A DNA stretch of 64,000 bases, taken from NCBI RefSeq assembly GCF_009914755.1, contig NC_060931.1, one strand, 5' to 3'. The stretch comes from the human T2T-CHM13v2.0 reference genome, Homo sapiens. A program made the translations under genes and the position numbers. Numbering within the stretch: the stretch's first letter is position 1; every line of letters begins with the position of its first letter. The notes under the pieces are model-generated. The model did not search any database. It saw nothing but the letters and a program-made list of their open reading frames with translations, and had not been told where the DNA came from. Below, piece by piece: positions 62,979 through 64,000 of the stretch.

Positions 62979-64000
62979 AGGCCTCCAGCTTTTATGGGAG
63001 ACTCACGTCTGCCCGCTTGATGGAAGTTCTGGGCAGGGCAGGAGGGAGAAGAACCAGTATTTACCAGAATGGATGAGGGCATTCCAGGAGGGGCCTTTCG
63101 CTGAATGGAGGCAGTGTGGAAAAGGGGCAGGTGGGACCCAGACGGTGCAGGAGCCTGAGGCTGTCCCTCCAGGCTGTCCCAGGGATCCAGAGCCTCATCG
63201 AGGCCCCATCCTTGGCTCTTCTACCGCCCCTATCCATGGAAGCCAGGAATCTTGTTGCCCCACTTTGGGAGTCAAACTTCACAGCTTTGTCTGTCTCCAA
63301 GCCTCCCACTGGAGGTGCTTGGAGGCCTCAAACCTGCAGCCTTGAATCACCCAATGCCCTGATGGGCTGGGCTGCAGAGAGGGAGGGAAAGGTTATGGGA
63401 GTGCTGGCAGTGGAAATGGCTGGAGGTATAATGTCATTCCATTTGCAGACCAGGAAACAAAGGATGGCAGAGGGGACCACACAGCCAGGCAGTGACAGGT
63501 GGGGACAGAAAGGGACACCCCCCCGCCACCCATTGTCCTGGGGGTGCTGCCCAGGTTCCTGAGTGAGTGGTTGGGTCAGGTCACCTAAAGAACACTTGGA
63601 AGCCCGCGAGGAGAGGAAACCCACTTTCAACAAATGTGGAGAAAGGCGTGGATCAGAGTCTAACAGCTGAGGTCCCCGATGACTGTGTCCCGCTCCATTT
63701 AGGGCCCGGGACACACAACCCTCCTTGGTCCCCTCCCGTGGACATGGGACCAGGACCAAGGTCTCTTCCCCCTGAATATCCCGCCCTCCCCAGCCTCCTG
63801 CCAACTGCCTGCCTTCCAGTGCCCCCGAGGACACAGGACTGAGGCTGGATAGAGGATTGCTTCGTGGACCTTTGCTGGGGACATGTGGACAGGCAGGGGC
63901 CACCAACTCAGAGCAAAGACGTCACAGATGTGTGAAAACACTGAAGATGGGGACACAGAGGCACCGAGCGTTAGGTGGCTGGAGTCACTGGATCACAGCG

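Overview
Human (primate) genomic DNA, not microbial. The first ~21 kb holds the last nine coding exons and 3' UTR of COL26A1 (EMID2, collagen XXVI) on the + strand. The gene was recognised from its protein sequence. Joined at canonical AG/GT boundaries, the exons give 879 nt (292 aa + TGA) in one unbroken frame: VLLLEAAER...two Gly-X-Y collagen segments...QASSRK*. The 5' exons (signal peptide, EMI domain) lie upstream of the window. The remaining ~43 kb is non-coding and repeat-rich: >30 Alus, MIR/L2, an old fragmented L1 block (29.4-39.8 kb) with nested LTRs, MaLR LTRs, an ERVL remnant, hAT MITEs, a 49-50 bp minisatellite and several short unique motif-dense islands. Apart from the COL26A1 exon fragments, the ORF-track entries look like Alu, simple-repeat or GC-rich noise. 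I see no evidence of a new protein-coding system. The most interesting leads are regulatory or structural: (i) an LTR9-like LTR with an OCT4-SOX2 composite site and a nested LTR2; (ii) a KLF/SP-site VNTR beside a homeodomain-palindrome island; (iii) a PBX-HOX-motif island bracketed by a local direct duplication; (iv) a UG-repeat/antisense-Alu acceptor resembling a TDP-43-repressed cryptic exon; (v) a datable template-switch inversion inside L1. Repeat family names are by-eye recognition and repeat boundaries are approximate unless a TSD is quoted.
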